Shown piece after piece: positions 49,973-59,388 of a stretch of DNA of 64,000 nucleotides (position 1 is its first letter; every line of letters begins with the position of its first letter). Under the pieces are notes generated by a model that was not told the origin of the DNA, ran no database searches, and saw only the letters and a program-made list of their open reading frames with translations. The stretch comes from Salinivirgaceae bacterium (lineage in GTDB: Bacteria; Bacteroidota; Bacteroidia; Bacteroidales; SZUA-534): the NCBI GenBank assembly GCA_017557605.1, contig JAFYYJ010000109.1, positions 791-64,790 of the forward strand, written 5' to 3'. Made by a program: the position numbers and the translations under genes.

Positions 49973-51460
49973 ATGAAACGAAAAACAAATCCACCCAAAG
50001 CAAAATATCTCATGGGGTCTATGCGCCACATGGGTTACTCTTTCGTAGATGCAATATCCGATGTAATGGATAATAGTATTAGTGCAGGCTGTACGACTAT
50101 TAAGTTGTTATTTCCTGTTACTCCAGATAACATATATGTCGGCATATTGGATAATGGTTGTGGCATGACCCAACAAGAACTCTTTCATGCGATGTGTTAT
50201 GGTAGCCAAGCAAATGAGAAGGAGCGCAGTGAAAATGATTTAGGACGATATGGTTTAGGCATGAAATCAGCATCGCTTTCTCAATGCCGAAAAATGACAG
50301 TAATTAGCAAAAAGGAAGGCAAAATAAGTGCATACAGGTGGGACTATGATGAAATAACAAGTCAAGGACAACGTGGAGACTGGTTTGTACTGGAATTGGA
50401 ACCTGATGAGATTAGTCAATTATATTGCTATAATGAGATAGCGGGATTGGAGCATGGCACATTAGTTCTTTGGGAGGTTTTCGATGGTATGATGAAATCA
50501 TCTGGAGGGCGAATATACGAAGCTCTTACTCATAACAGAGATATTCTATTAGACCGTTTACCTTTGATATACCATAGGTTTATGTCAGAAAATGGTCTTC
50601 GAATCTTTGTGAATTATGAAGAACTTAAACCTCTTGACCCATTCTTAGTGAATCGGTCAGATTGCTCATGGGGAACAATCAAGCAACCTCTGGTTGACTC
50701 AACAGGAAAGGAACACATGATAGAAATAACACCTTACAAACTTCCATTTGTGACTGAAATGTCCGAAGTTGAGCGACATTTAATAGGCGGTGATGATAAA
50801 ATGAGCAAGATGCAAGGCTATTATATTTATCGTGGCCGTCGGCTTATACGTTATGGGACATGGTTTGGAACCCCAAGACACGAAGTTTCAAAATACGCAC
50901 GAGTCAAGGTTGATATTCCAAACTGTATGGATGACATATGGAAAGTGGATGTAATGAAACGTAGTGCCGAAATTCCCACAGAATTGGCAAAACTTCTGGA
51001 GAAGACAATAGGAAAACTTATTGCAAAATCTACACGCCAAACAAAATTTCGTGGACGTGCAGTTACTGCACCTAATGAAAAAGAAAAATTCGTGTGGGAT
51101 AGAATTGAATCACGCGAGGGTTATTACTCATACAAAATAAATCGCAACAATACATTTATTAAAACAGTAATAGACCAGTTGGACGATTCTCAAAAAACAG
51201 CAGTAGAAATGATGCTACAGCAAATAGAATCTAACATCCCGATTCATCAAATGCACCTTGACCATGATGAGAATCATATAGACCGGCCAGAAGATTTAGA
51301 TGCATTAAACGATTTATTTGAGCAGGCTGCTATGGCTATCGATTGGAAGATCTTTAAAGGCCAAACGATAAACGCAGCTGTTCAAGAAGTACTTGCTTGT
51401 GAGCAATTTAAAGATAGCAAAGAATTAAAAAAGAAAATACATAAGAAATACGCAATATGA
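49973..51460 (+). CDS. GHKL-superfamily ATPase (HATPase_c_3 / paraMORC-like)
   Basis: Bergerat-fold motifs: N-box DVMDNSISAG, G1 LDNGCGM and G2 GRYGLGMKSAS. Confidence 0.8.
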   Translation: MKRKTNPPKAKYLMGSMRHMGYSFVDAISDVMDNSISAGCTTIKLLFPVTPDNIYVGILDNGCGMTQQELFHAMCYGSQANEKERSENDLGRYGLGMKSASLSQCRKMTVISKKEGKISAYRWDYDEITSQGQRGDWFVLELEPDEISQLYCYNEIAGLEHGTLVLWEVFDGMMKSSGGRIYEALTHNRDILLDRLPLIYHRFMSENGLRIFVNYEELKPLDPFLVNRSDCSWGTIKQPLVDSTGKEHMIEITPYKLPFVTEMSEVERHLIGGDDKMSKMQGYYIYRGRRLIRYGTWFGTPRHEVSKYARVKVDIPNCMDDIWKVDVMKRSAEIPTELAKLLEKTIGKLIAKSTRQTKFRGRAVTAPNEKEKFVWDRIESREGYYSYKINRNNTFIKTVIDQLDDSQKTAVEMMLQQIESNIPIHQMHLDHDENHIDRPEDLDALNDLFEQAAMAIDWKIFKGQTINAAVQEVLACEQFKDSKELKKKIHKKYAI

Positions 51461-54309
51461 CATATGCAGAATTAGAAGAAGCCAAGAAAACGCTTCGTAA
51501 AACACTTGAATCGCAGAAATCTGCTATTTCTATTTCCAAAGAGGATTTGGCCATGTTTGTCGAGTACCAATTTCGCTTTTTTAAGAAATGGACACCTACA
51601 GAGAAAGACAAACAGGATTTAGTAACGTATTTGGAGAATTATATCTTTGTAAAACACGACCATGACGGTTATGCTATAATTAGCGATGAACCTTTTGACA
51701 ACCAGTGGTACACTAATAACCCTCCCAAAAATGAATATTTCTGGGATTTGTTTAGCGCTTACCATGCAGAGAAAGGAGACCTTGACCGTGCCTCTCTAAA
51801 TCTTTTGGGAGAGAAAACGCTTCCTGCACTTATGAACTGTTTGAGTAACCCACAAGAACAACTTACAAAACAAAGGAAAAGATACGGACTTGTTCTTGGA
51901 GATGTACAATCAGGAAAAACAAGCACCTATTCTGGTTTGATATGTAAGGCTGCCGATGCAGGAATGAAAGTTGTTATTCTATTGGCAGGAATAACAGAAA
52001 CACTCCGCCAACAAACACAGGAACGTATTGAAGAAGATATAGTAGGGCTAACAATAAGAACAGACAGTTTCCATAATGCCAAACAGTCAAAAGTCGGAGT
52101 GGGAATGTTACCTGGATGGGAACCCAAGGTTACCCCCTTCACCTTATATGAAGATGATTTTAATAAGTTCAGGGGCAAGTCAATGACTTCAATTGGTACA
52201 CATAAATCATTGGTTCTATTCGTAGTCAAAAAGAACGTACCAGTTCTAACGCACCTATATGAATGGTTGACTGGTCAAAATCAGCAATTTAATGATGAAG
52301 GAAAATTACCGTATTCACTATTGCTAATTGACGATGAGGCGGATAATGCATCCATCAACACTAAGGATAGCACTATAGACATGACTGCTACAAATAAAAA
52401 GATTCGCGAAATCTGCGAAGTTTTCATGAATTCTAACTATGTGGGATTTACGGCTACTCCATATGCTAATATTTTCATTAATCCAGAAACTGATGAGGAT
52501 ATGGTAACAGCCGACCTATTTCCTAAGGATTTTATATATGTGCTTCCAACGCCAGAGCCATACATTGGAGCTCAACGTATATTTGGTGAGGCAACAGACG
52601 AACATCCTCAATACGGCAATTGCTCCTACATGATTAACAACACCTACATTACGGACATAAAAGAGATTACTCCAGCGAAGTTGCGCGAAATGTCAGATGA
52701 GCAATTGAACAACGGTCCTATTTACTATAAGCACAGTAAGGATTGGAGAGGGAAAATGCCAGATTCTCTTTTAGAGGCACTAAGATGTTTTTATCTTGCT
52801 AATGCAATTCGAGACATGGACGAGAAACAATTTGACGCACCTCGTACCATGCTTGTAAATATATCACGCTTCATGAGCGTACATTCTTATCTTAAACGAG
52901 AAATAGCAAAATTAGTTGAAGCAGACTATAAAGAGATTAGAGTAAACTTCAGTCAAAACCAAGAGCGTAATGTCGGAAACATATTATATGATGAATTACA
53001 TAGGTTGTTTAATAAGCATTATGCGAACTGTGGCTATACATGGAAGCAGATTGGCCAACGCGAGACTCTTTTAAGATGGGACCCCGAGCGGGAGAAAAAA
53101 GAAATTCGAGTTATCGTAGTCAATGGTTCCAAAGAATCCCGCGAAGATACGCCTAACTACAAAAAAAATCCATCATTACGTATTATTGCAGTTGGAGGTC
53201 TTGCTCTATCTCGCGGCTTAACACTCAAAGGACTAATGACCAGTTATTTCTATCGCAACACCTGCACTTATGATGTGCTTATGCAGATGGGACGATGGTT
53301 TGGTTATCGCCCTCACTATGATAAAGTTTGTCGTATTTGGATAACTAATACAAGTGCTAATTGGTATCGTGAAATTGCAGAAGCAACAGATGAACTTAAA
53401 TCTGAACTAGCCCACATGAACTCACTAGAACTGACACCAGAGCAATTCGGACTCCGTGTTAGACGTGATGATATAGCTCTTGAAATTACAGCACGTAATA
53501 AGATGCGGAAAGCAGGCAAATGTGAGGTGCGCACTACTTATTGGGGTGATGTTTTTGAAACACCATATTTTAGCATGAGTGCACAAGACAATAACATAAA
53601 TCTAGAAGAAACCAGAAACTGGTTGCAATACTTAATGAAAAATGGTAACAAATTAGAGAAAGCCAAATCTGGTGCTTCATACATTATGCATAATATAGCA
53701 TTAGATGATATTGCGGACATACTTGACAGAATTCATACTTCAGACAAGAACCTTAAGTTTGACAGAACACGAATCACACGCTTTATTGTTTCAAATAGAG
53801 AAGAACTATCAACTTGGGATGTTGTCATTGTTGGTGGACAAGGGCAGCCAATTAAAGATTTTCTCCCAGTTCCAGAACTCGTCATTAAGTCACCAAATCG
53901 TATATTAAGTATTCGCGGTGACGGAGAAGCATTTATGTTTACACATCAGGGTGTAGTCAGTGGTAACAATGATGGTTCTATTGGATTGATCGACCCTAAA
54001 GCCGTGTTAGAGGAATATAAGGAAAAAGAGTCAAAAATAAATCCTTTGGTGGCGCAAAAGATAAATAGATGTACATGGTTTAAATATGTGAATCGCAACC
54101 CTGTATTTTTCATATATCCAGTTCGCCCATCTAAAGAAAACGAGAAAGGTGTTCTTGGTGATTATCTTATAGCAATAGGTGATTCTCCAATTATGGGTTA
54201 TGCCATTGGCATTCCTGGCTTTGGGCACGAATCAGATAATCGCTCATACTATACAAACATAGTATACCAAAATAACGAGGGTATACTTGAATCCGAAGAA
54301 GACGAATAA
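51457..54309 (+). CDS. P-loop NTPase with a Z1-type C-terminal region
   Basis: Walker A LGDVQSGKTS and Walker B LLLIDDEADNAS. It is 950 aa, overlaps the GHKL gene by ATGA, and has the architecture and neighbourhood typical of Z1-domain proteins. Confidence 0.7.
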   Translation: MTYAELEEAKKTLRKTLESQKSAISISKEDLAMFVEYQFRFFKKWTPTEKDKQDLVTYLENYIFVKHDHDGYAIISDEPFDNQWYTNNPPKNEYFWDLFSAYHAEKGDLDRASLNLLGEKTLPALMNCLSNPQEQLTKQRKRYGLVLGDVQSGKTSTYSGLICKAADAGMKVVILLAGITETLRQQTQERIEEDIVGLTIRTDSFHNAKQSKVGVGMLPGWEPKVTPFTLYEDDFNKFRGKSMTSIGTHKSLVLFVVKKNVPVLTHLYEWLTGQNQQFNDEGKLPYSLLLIDDEADNASINTKDSTIDMTATNKKIREICEVFMNSNYVGFTATPYANIFINPETDEDMVTADLFPKDFIYVLPTPEPYIGAQRIFGEATDEHPQYGNCSYMINNTYITDIKEITPAKLREMSDEQLNNGPIYYKHSKDWRGKMPDSLLEALRCFYLANAIRDMDEKQFDAPRTMLVNISRFMSVHSYLKREIAKLVEADYKEIRVNFSQNQERNVGNILYDELHRLFNKHYANCGYTWKQIGQRETLLRWDPEREKKEIRVIVVNGSKESREDTPNYKKNPSLRIIAVGGLALSRGLTLKGLMTSYFYRNTCTYDVLMQMGRWFGYRPHYDKVCRIWITNTSANWYREIAEATDELKSELAHMNSLELTPEQFGLRVRRDDIALEITARNKMRKAGKCEVRTTYWGDVFETPYFSMSAQDNNINLEETRNWLQYLMKNGNKLEKAKSGASYIMHNIALDDIADILDRIHTSDKNLKFDRTRITRFIVSNREELSTWDVVIVGGQGQPIKDFLPVPELVIKSPNRILSIRGDGEAFMFTHQGVVSGNNDGSIGLIDPKAVLEEYKEKESKINPLVAQKINRCTWFKYVNRNPVFFIYPVRPSKENEKGVLGDYLIAIGDSPIMGYAIGIPGFGHESDNRSYYTNIVYQNNEGILESEEDE

Positions 54310-54314
54310 ACAAT

Positions 54315-55235
54315 ATGACCATGATTACTGAATACGACTTTAATTTGGCATCAGGTATTAATTCTTGGAAACGCGTTGGTGACACACATCCTGTAAATCT
54401 ATACTACGGAAAGGATGACAAAGGACGTAATGCAATTGAGTTTAAAGGGAATTTTATAGTTAATCACAAAATACATTCATCCGTCGTTATTGATATCGTC
54501 CACTATAAAAATACAGATGGCACAAAATCTATTGAGTTTTCATTGTTGGATAATAAATTATTACATCCCTTCTGTGATTTTCTTAATTCCTTGGTTGATG
54601 CGACATCACAATCTAGTTTGTCTAACCAAGACGCATACCACGCTATTTGTGAAGTATATTTCTTCATGCAGAAGATGTTCCGCACTAGTTCCGGTTTTCT
54701 AACTGAAGCAGAAATTAAAGGATTGATAGGTGAACTATTATTTTTGAGCGAACACTTATTTAAAAAAATGAGTGTTTCTAAAGCTATCAGTTCATGGAGT
54801 GGCGCAGAAAAAACAAGAAAAGACTTTGCCTTTGATAAAGAATGGTTTGAAGTAAAGACTATTGATTTTGGTAAAGAAACTGTTCATATATCATCCATAG
54901 AGCAATTGGATAGTCCTGTCGCTGGTAGTTTAGTGGTATTCCAATTAGAACGTATGGCTGAAGAATATAAGGGCATTACGCTTAACAATCTAGTTTCATC
55001 TGTGCTAAACCAGATACCATCTATTAATGATAAAGATATTTTAGCTTCCAAGCTAAAGGACTACAACTATGCTTTTCATCCAAACTATGATGAGTTTGTG
55101 TATGAACTTCGTGCTACAGATGAATATATGATAGATGCTAATTTTCCACGTATTAGCCGTTCTAATATTCCGTCAGCTATAGCCAAGGCAAGTTTTGACT
55201 TGATTTTAGCAGAGATATTACCTTATAAGAAATAA
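54315..55235 (+). CDS. PD-(D/E)XK motif protein (DUF4420-like)
   Basis: Nuclease core candidates GLIGELLFL ... KDFAFDKEWFEVKT (D-x12-EVK). The position between the Z1 and AIPR genes matches the recurrent cassette. Confidence 0.65.
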   Translation: MTMITEYDFNLASGINSWKRVGDTHPVNLYYGKDDKGRNAIEFKGNFIVNHKIHSSVVIDIVHYKNTDGTKSIEFSLLDNKLLHPFCDFLNSLVDATSQSSLSNQDAYHAICEVYFFMQKMFRTSSGFLTEAEIKGLIGELLFLSEHLFKKMSVSKAISSWSGAEKTRKDFAFDKEWFEVKTIDFGKETVHISSIEQLDSPVAGSLVVFQLERMAEEYKGITLNNLVSSVLNQIPSINDKDILASKLKDYNYAFHPNYDEFVYELRATDEYMIDANFPRISRSNIPSAIAKASFDLILAEILPYKK

Positions 55236-55243
55236 CCATTATT

Positions 55244-57391
55244 ATGACTATTGAAGAATATCGAGAAGAATTTTTAGCGCAGTTAAGGAATGATGCGCAT
55301 ATAAATGGGAACCTAAATCAAGAACAGTTTGTTGAAGAAGCTGTAAGCTTACTTGAGAAAAATGAAGAATTGATAGACCCTGTCATATTCCCTTGTAATA
55401 TGAAGTCGCGCAATCGCAACTTGGGGTTCCATGCCTATGCATATGGTGGAGCTGATTCTACAATTCAACTACTCATTACTGACTTTGTAGATAGCCCAGA
55501 TGCTGGTACACTCACTAATGAAGATATACGTATACTGTATAATAAAATGCAGTATTTTATTCAGGATGCTGCCGAAGGGATTATCTCTAAAGCCGCCAGT
55601 GATGAGTCTGACCAAATAATAGATATCGCCAATGAATTTCGGCAAAAGATTGGGAAAAATATGGAAACAACGGAAATAACGGCTTTCCGTTTCTATATTG
55701 TCACAAACAAAATGCTATCTTCTCGTGTAAAGAATGTAGACCAGGAGCCAATACTTGGACGACCGTCTGTGCTCCGAGTATGGACACTTGAACGATTCTA
55801 TAACAACTTTCGTAGTTCGCAAAGTGAACGTATAATGATTGATTGCAAAGAATGGGGAATTAATGGTATTCAATGTCTAAAAGCACATATTTCTCAATCT
55901 AATCAGTTTGATTCATACATGGGTATTGTGCCTGGTCTCTTATTGGCCAAACTATTCAAGAAATATCAAGGGCCGCTTTTAGAAGGCAATATTCGCTGTT
56001 TCCTTAATGCAAAAGGAAAATATAATAAAGCTATTAAAAGTACCATCATCGGCGAAACGCCAGAAAGATTCTTTATTTACAATAATGGTATTTCTGTAGT
56101 AGCCAACTCGGTAAAACTCTCATCAGATGGCCATTATATAACGGCTTTTGATGGTTTTCAAATTGTAAATGGCGGTCAAACAACGGTATCACTATGTAAT
56201 GCCTACATAAAAGGTGAAGCTCCTGAAGGTAACTTGGAGAAAATATATGTTCCTATGAAGTTAACAGTTCTTAACTTTAAACTAAATGACACAGAAGACC
56301 CAGAATTGATTCAAAGGAATAGAGACAAATATGATGATTTAGTTCAACAAATCGCACGTAGTTCAAACTGGCAGAACCCCACTAAAGAAGCTGATTTTTT
56401 CTCTAATGATCCATTTCACCGTGAAATGGAACGTCTATCGCTTTTGATAGAGAATCAAACACCGCCTAAACCAGGACAGATAAGTGGCACATTCTGGTTC
56501 TACGAACGTTCTGCACATCGCCATGAGCAACAAATGTTTAATATGACTACTGCTAAACGTAAGCAATGGCTAGAATTGCACCCGAAGAATCAAGTTATTA
56601 CTAAAGAAAAATTTGGTCTGTATTACAACACGCTTGTCTTATTGCCACATAGTGTATGTAAAGGTTCTGTAAACAACTGGGATTTGTTTTCTTCTCAAAT
56701 TGTGACACTCAAGAAAACTAATCCTGCAGCTATCAATTCATATTTTTTTAGAAAAATGGTTGCCGTAAAGATTATTTATGATAAGACAGACAGGCTGATT
56801 AACAAAGCAGACTGGTATCCTGCAGGTGGTTACAAAGCAATGTATGTTCCTTACACAATAGCTAAGATTCTGGCCACACTCCCCAAAGGGAAAGAAATTG
56901 ATTGGAAACGCATATGGCATATGCAAGACATTTATCCATCACTGGCACATCAATTGGAGATTGTAGCAAAGCAAACCATGGATTTCTTACAAGGTGTAAG
57001 TAAACATGGTAATGAACGAACATACGCGGTTAAAGAAGATACATGGAAAAAATATCTTGCAGAGCCCCTAACATTAACGGATGACTTCATTGCTGATGCT
57101 GTAGATAGCTCTTTTGAGAAAGAGGAAGCTAAGACACAAGAACGTCAAGCTCGCTTCAATATGGTAACCGATATGTGGGCAAAATTTATGACTCTTGGGG
57201 CAGATTATATAAATCAAGTGTACAAAGATATGGAGCGCCTGAACTTGCTGTCAGCGCAGGATAGAGAAAGTGTGCGTAATAGCGCAAGCAGTGTGTCCAA
57301 AGGGAATCTAACAGATAGACAAGTAAAAACTCTTACAAAAATCTTTGAAAAACTGGATAAGGAGACAGACTACATTATTCCTGATAAATAA
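55244..57391 (+). CDS. AIPR (abortive infection phage resistance-like) family protein
   Basis: 715 aa. The size, the N-terminal region (EEYREEFLAQLRNDAHINGN...FHAYAYGGADSTIQLLITDF), the central block NNGISVVANS...FQIVNGGQTT and the operon context all fit AIPR. Confidence 0.7.
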   Translation: MTIEEYREEFLAQLRNDAHINGNLNQEQFVEEAVSLLEKNEELIDPVIFPCNMKSRNRNLGFHAYAYGGADSTIQLLITDFVDSPDAGTLTNEDIRILYNKMQYFIQDAAEGIISKAASDESDQIIDIANEFRQKIGKNMETTEITAFRFYIVTNKMLSSRVKNVDQEPILGRPSVLRVWTLERFYNNFRSSQSERIMIDCKEWGINGIQCLKAHISQSNQFDSYMGIVPGLLLAKLFKKYQGPLLEGNIRCFLNAKGKYNKAIKSTIIGETPERFFIYNNGISVVANSVKLSSDGHYITAFDGFQIVNGGQTTVSLCNAYIKGEAPEGNLEKIYVPMKLTVLNFKLNDTEDPELIQRNRDKYDDLVQQIARSSNWQNPTKEADFFSNDPFHREMERLSLLIENQTPPKPGQISGTFWFYERSAHRHEQQMFNMTTAKRKQWLELHPKNQVITKEKFGLYYNTLVLLPHSVCKGSVNNWDLFSSQIVTLKKTNPAAINSYFFRKMVAVKIIYDKTDRLINKADWYPAGGYKAMYVPYTIAKILATLPKGKEIDWKRIWHMQDIYPSLAHQLEIVAKQTMDFLQGVSKHGNERTYAVKEDTWKKYLAEPLTLTDDFIADAVDSSFEKEEAKTQERQARFNMVTDMWAKFMTLGADYINQVYKDMERLNLLSAQDRESVRNSASSVSKGNLTDRQVKTLTKIFEKLDKETDYIIPDK

Positions 57392-57408
57392 AATCCAATC
57401 CTGAGTAT

Positions 57409-57681
57409 CTACCGAACAAAGAAATATTTGCAAGCAATGACGTTGGTGGCATCACAATCAGGTTCTGTGCAACCTTTTTCATCTTGCCTGATAAGTTCTG
57501 CAAGTTGGTATTTCTCAGCGTCAGCTGTTAGATTTTTAGTGCTTTCAACGTAAACAGTGAAGTTTTTGCTATCTATTGCCAAAACCGCATCAGAAGCATA
57601 GCAGTCCTGTTTTTCGATGTAATCCTGAACAACATCCAAAATCCATTGGTCAAATGCTCTAATATCTTGAATTGTATCCAT
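57409..57681 (-). CDS. hypothetical small acidic protein (90 aa)
   Basis: ATG-initiated ORF convergent with the AIPR gene (17-nt gap). I recognise no family. Confidence 0.45.
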   Translation of the reverse strand: MDTIQDIRAFDQWILDVVQDYIEKQDCYASDAVLAIDSKNFTVYVESTKNLTADAEKYQLAELIRQDEKGCTEPDCDATNVIACKYFFVR

Positions 57682-57833
57682 AATTTAGTGTTTTTGGCTC
57701 TGCAATAAGTATATGCAAACATATACTTTTTAATTGATTTACAATATTTTCTATAGGCATCTTTCCCCTTTACCCCACTCCTTTAATCCCGTCAAATAAT
57801 ATTTCTACTTTTGTGGAAACAACAAAAAAACAT

Positions 57834-58229
57834 ATGAAAACCATTACTGTCTCCGCCGCAATAATCCACGACAATGAAGGCCGCATTTTCGCAACGCAGC
57901 GTGGATATGGCGAGATGCAGGGCGGTTGGGAGTTTCCTGGCGGTAAGATTGAAGCGGGCGAAACACCCGAGGAAGCGCTAAAACGGGAAATCAGCGAAGA
58001 ACTTGACACAATAATATCCGTTGAAAAACTGATAGATACAGTTGAATGGGACTACCCAACGTTTCATTTGACAATGCATTGCTATTGGTGCAGTTTGGCC
58101 GGCGGCAGTCTGACACTGAAAGAGCACAAGGCCGCCAAATGGCTGTCGGCAAACGAACTCGACAGCGTGAACTGGCTGCCTGCCGACAAATGCCTGATTG
58201 AGCGGCTAAAGACTATTATGAAGCAATAG
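57834..58229 (+). CDS. mutT: Nudix hydrolase (MutT / (d)CTP pyrophosphohydrolase type)
   Basis: Nudix box GGWEFPGGKIEAGETPEEALKREISEEL. I chose the ATG at 57834 over the track's GTG at 57813, because a TACTTTTG box at 57806-57813 overlaps that GTG. Confidence 0.85.
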   Translation: MKTITVSAAIIHDNEGRIFATQRGYGEMQGGWEFPGGKIEAGETPEEALKREISEELDTIISVEKLIDTVEWDYPTFHLTMHCYWCSLAGGSLTLKEHKAAKWLSANELDSVNWLPADKCLIERLKTIMKQ

Positions 58230-58329
58230 TTTCATCCCTCAATACTCAAACTCAATTAATATTTCACATTCAATAAATCAACAATTGAATTATATTCGCA
58301 CGCTTATTTTAACAAATAATAATACAGAT

Positions 58330-59328
58330 ATGAATTTCAAAAACTTAATGTTAGCTGGTGTGGTTGCGGCAGCATTAGCATCATGCAGTAAGCCGTATAA
58401 GGCACAAACAGAAATCGCAAACGATAAAGACTCCATTAGTTATCTTATGGGCATAATGGACGGTGACAACCTTGACCGTACTTTCAAACGTATGGGTTTG
58501 GATACGGTTTTGAATGTTGGTGCTTATTTTGAGGCAATGTATAATGTCAGCAACGGCAAGTCGCTGAAAATAAACGAACCGGATTCTATTGCCGATTTTA
58601 AAATACAGAATTTCATTAACGAGTGGACCGATGTGGTTCGTATGCTTCATATTGACACAACAGGCCGTTTCAAAGCTCCGGTTTATCCAACTTCAAAAAT
58701 CGATTCAATCAGCTATCTGTTGGGTGTGAGCGACGGTCGCAGCATATCGGAAAGCTTTGACAAGGCAGGCTTCGACACTCTCGGTCTTAAATTCGCTTTC
58801 TACTATCAGGGTTTGAGAGAGCGTGTTATGGAAGGCGATTCGAACTGCCGTATCGATGTGAAAGAATATGGCTCAATGGTTCGCGACTATTTCCTTGAAG
58901 TTCAGGAGAAACAACTAATGGACAGATACGGACATATTAAGCGCGCCGGTGAGGAGTTTCTTGCAAAGAACAAGGCTGATAGCGAGGTTGTTACAACAGC
59001 AAGCGGCCTTCAATATATTGTTTTGAAAGAAGGTAAGGGTGCAAAGCCGAAAATCTCTGACCGCGTCAAAGTGAACTACGTGGGCACATTGCTCGACGGT
59101 ACCGAGTTCGATAACAGCGCCAATCACGGTGACAAGCCGGCAGAGTTTTATGTGGGCCAGGTCATCTCGGGCTGGACAGAGGCTTTGCAGCTGATGCCTG
59201 TTGGTTCGAAGTGGAAACTGTTCATCCCGCAGGAGCTTGCTTACGGCAACCGCGGAGGCGGTGATGTTATTCCACCATTCAGCATGCTTATCTTTGAAGT
59301 TGAATTGGTTGATATTGTTAAAAAATAG
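58330..59328 (+). CDS. FKBP-type peptidyl-prolyl cis-trans isomerase lipoprotein
   Basis: Lipobox-like AAALASCS, and a C-terminal FKBP domain (VNYVGTLLDGTEFDNS...GQVISGWTEAL...LIFEVELV). The N-terminal helical segment is duplicated (DSISYLMG..., DSISYLLG...). Confidence 0.88.
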   Translation: MNFKNLMLAGVVAAALASCSKPYKAQTEIANDKDSISYLMGIMDGDNLDRTFKRMGLDTVLNVGAYFEAMYNVSNGKSLKINEPDSIADFKIQNFINEWTDVVRMLHIDTTGRFKAPVYPTSKIDSISYLLGVSDGRSISESFDKAGFDTLGLKFAFYYQGLRERVMEGDSNCRIDVKEYGSMVRDYFLEVQEKQLMDRYGHIKRAGEEFLAKNKADSEVVTTASGLQYIVLKEGKGAKPKISDRVKVNYVGTLLDGTEFDNSANHGDKPAEFYVGQVISGWTEALQLMPVGSKWKLFIPQELAYGNRGGGDVIPPFSMLIFEVELVDIVKK

Positions 59329-59340
59329 AAACTCACAAAA

Positions 59341-59380
59341 AAGGACATCAGGATTGCTACTGTTGTCCTTTTTTCTTTTT
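59341..59380 (+). terminator. probable rho-independent terminator
   Basis: Hairpin aaggacatcag-gattgcta-ctgttgtcctt (one mismatch) followed by ttttcttttt. Confidence 0.5.
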
Positions 59381-59388
59381 CTGACAAG

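Larger units (their letters stand above)
46990..57750. other. AT-rich accessory (defence) island next to ssrA, with no integrase or att repeat seen
   Basis: Hand GC counts on scattered 60-nt lines give about 30-45% inside, against about 48-65% in the flanking non-ribosomal genes. The gene content is entirely R-M/defence-type. The block is bounded by ssrA plus the XRE gene on the left and by mutT on the right. Confidence 0.6.

Noticed and set aside
57740-57800. Possible att-type direct repeat of the ssrA 3' end at the right island border (ttaccccactccttt versus accccggcaactccacttt).
   Set aside because: Only short, gapped similarity that is compatible with chance. There is no integrase to act on it. 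I am reporting the absence rather than a site.
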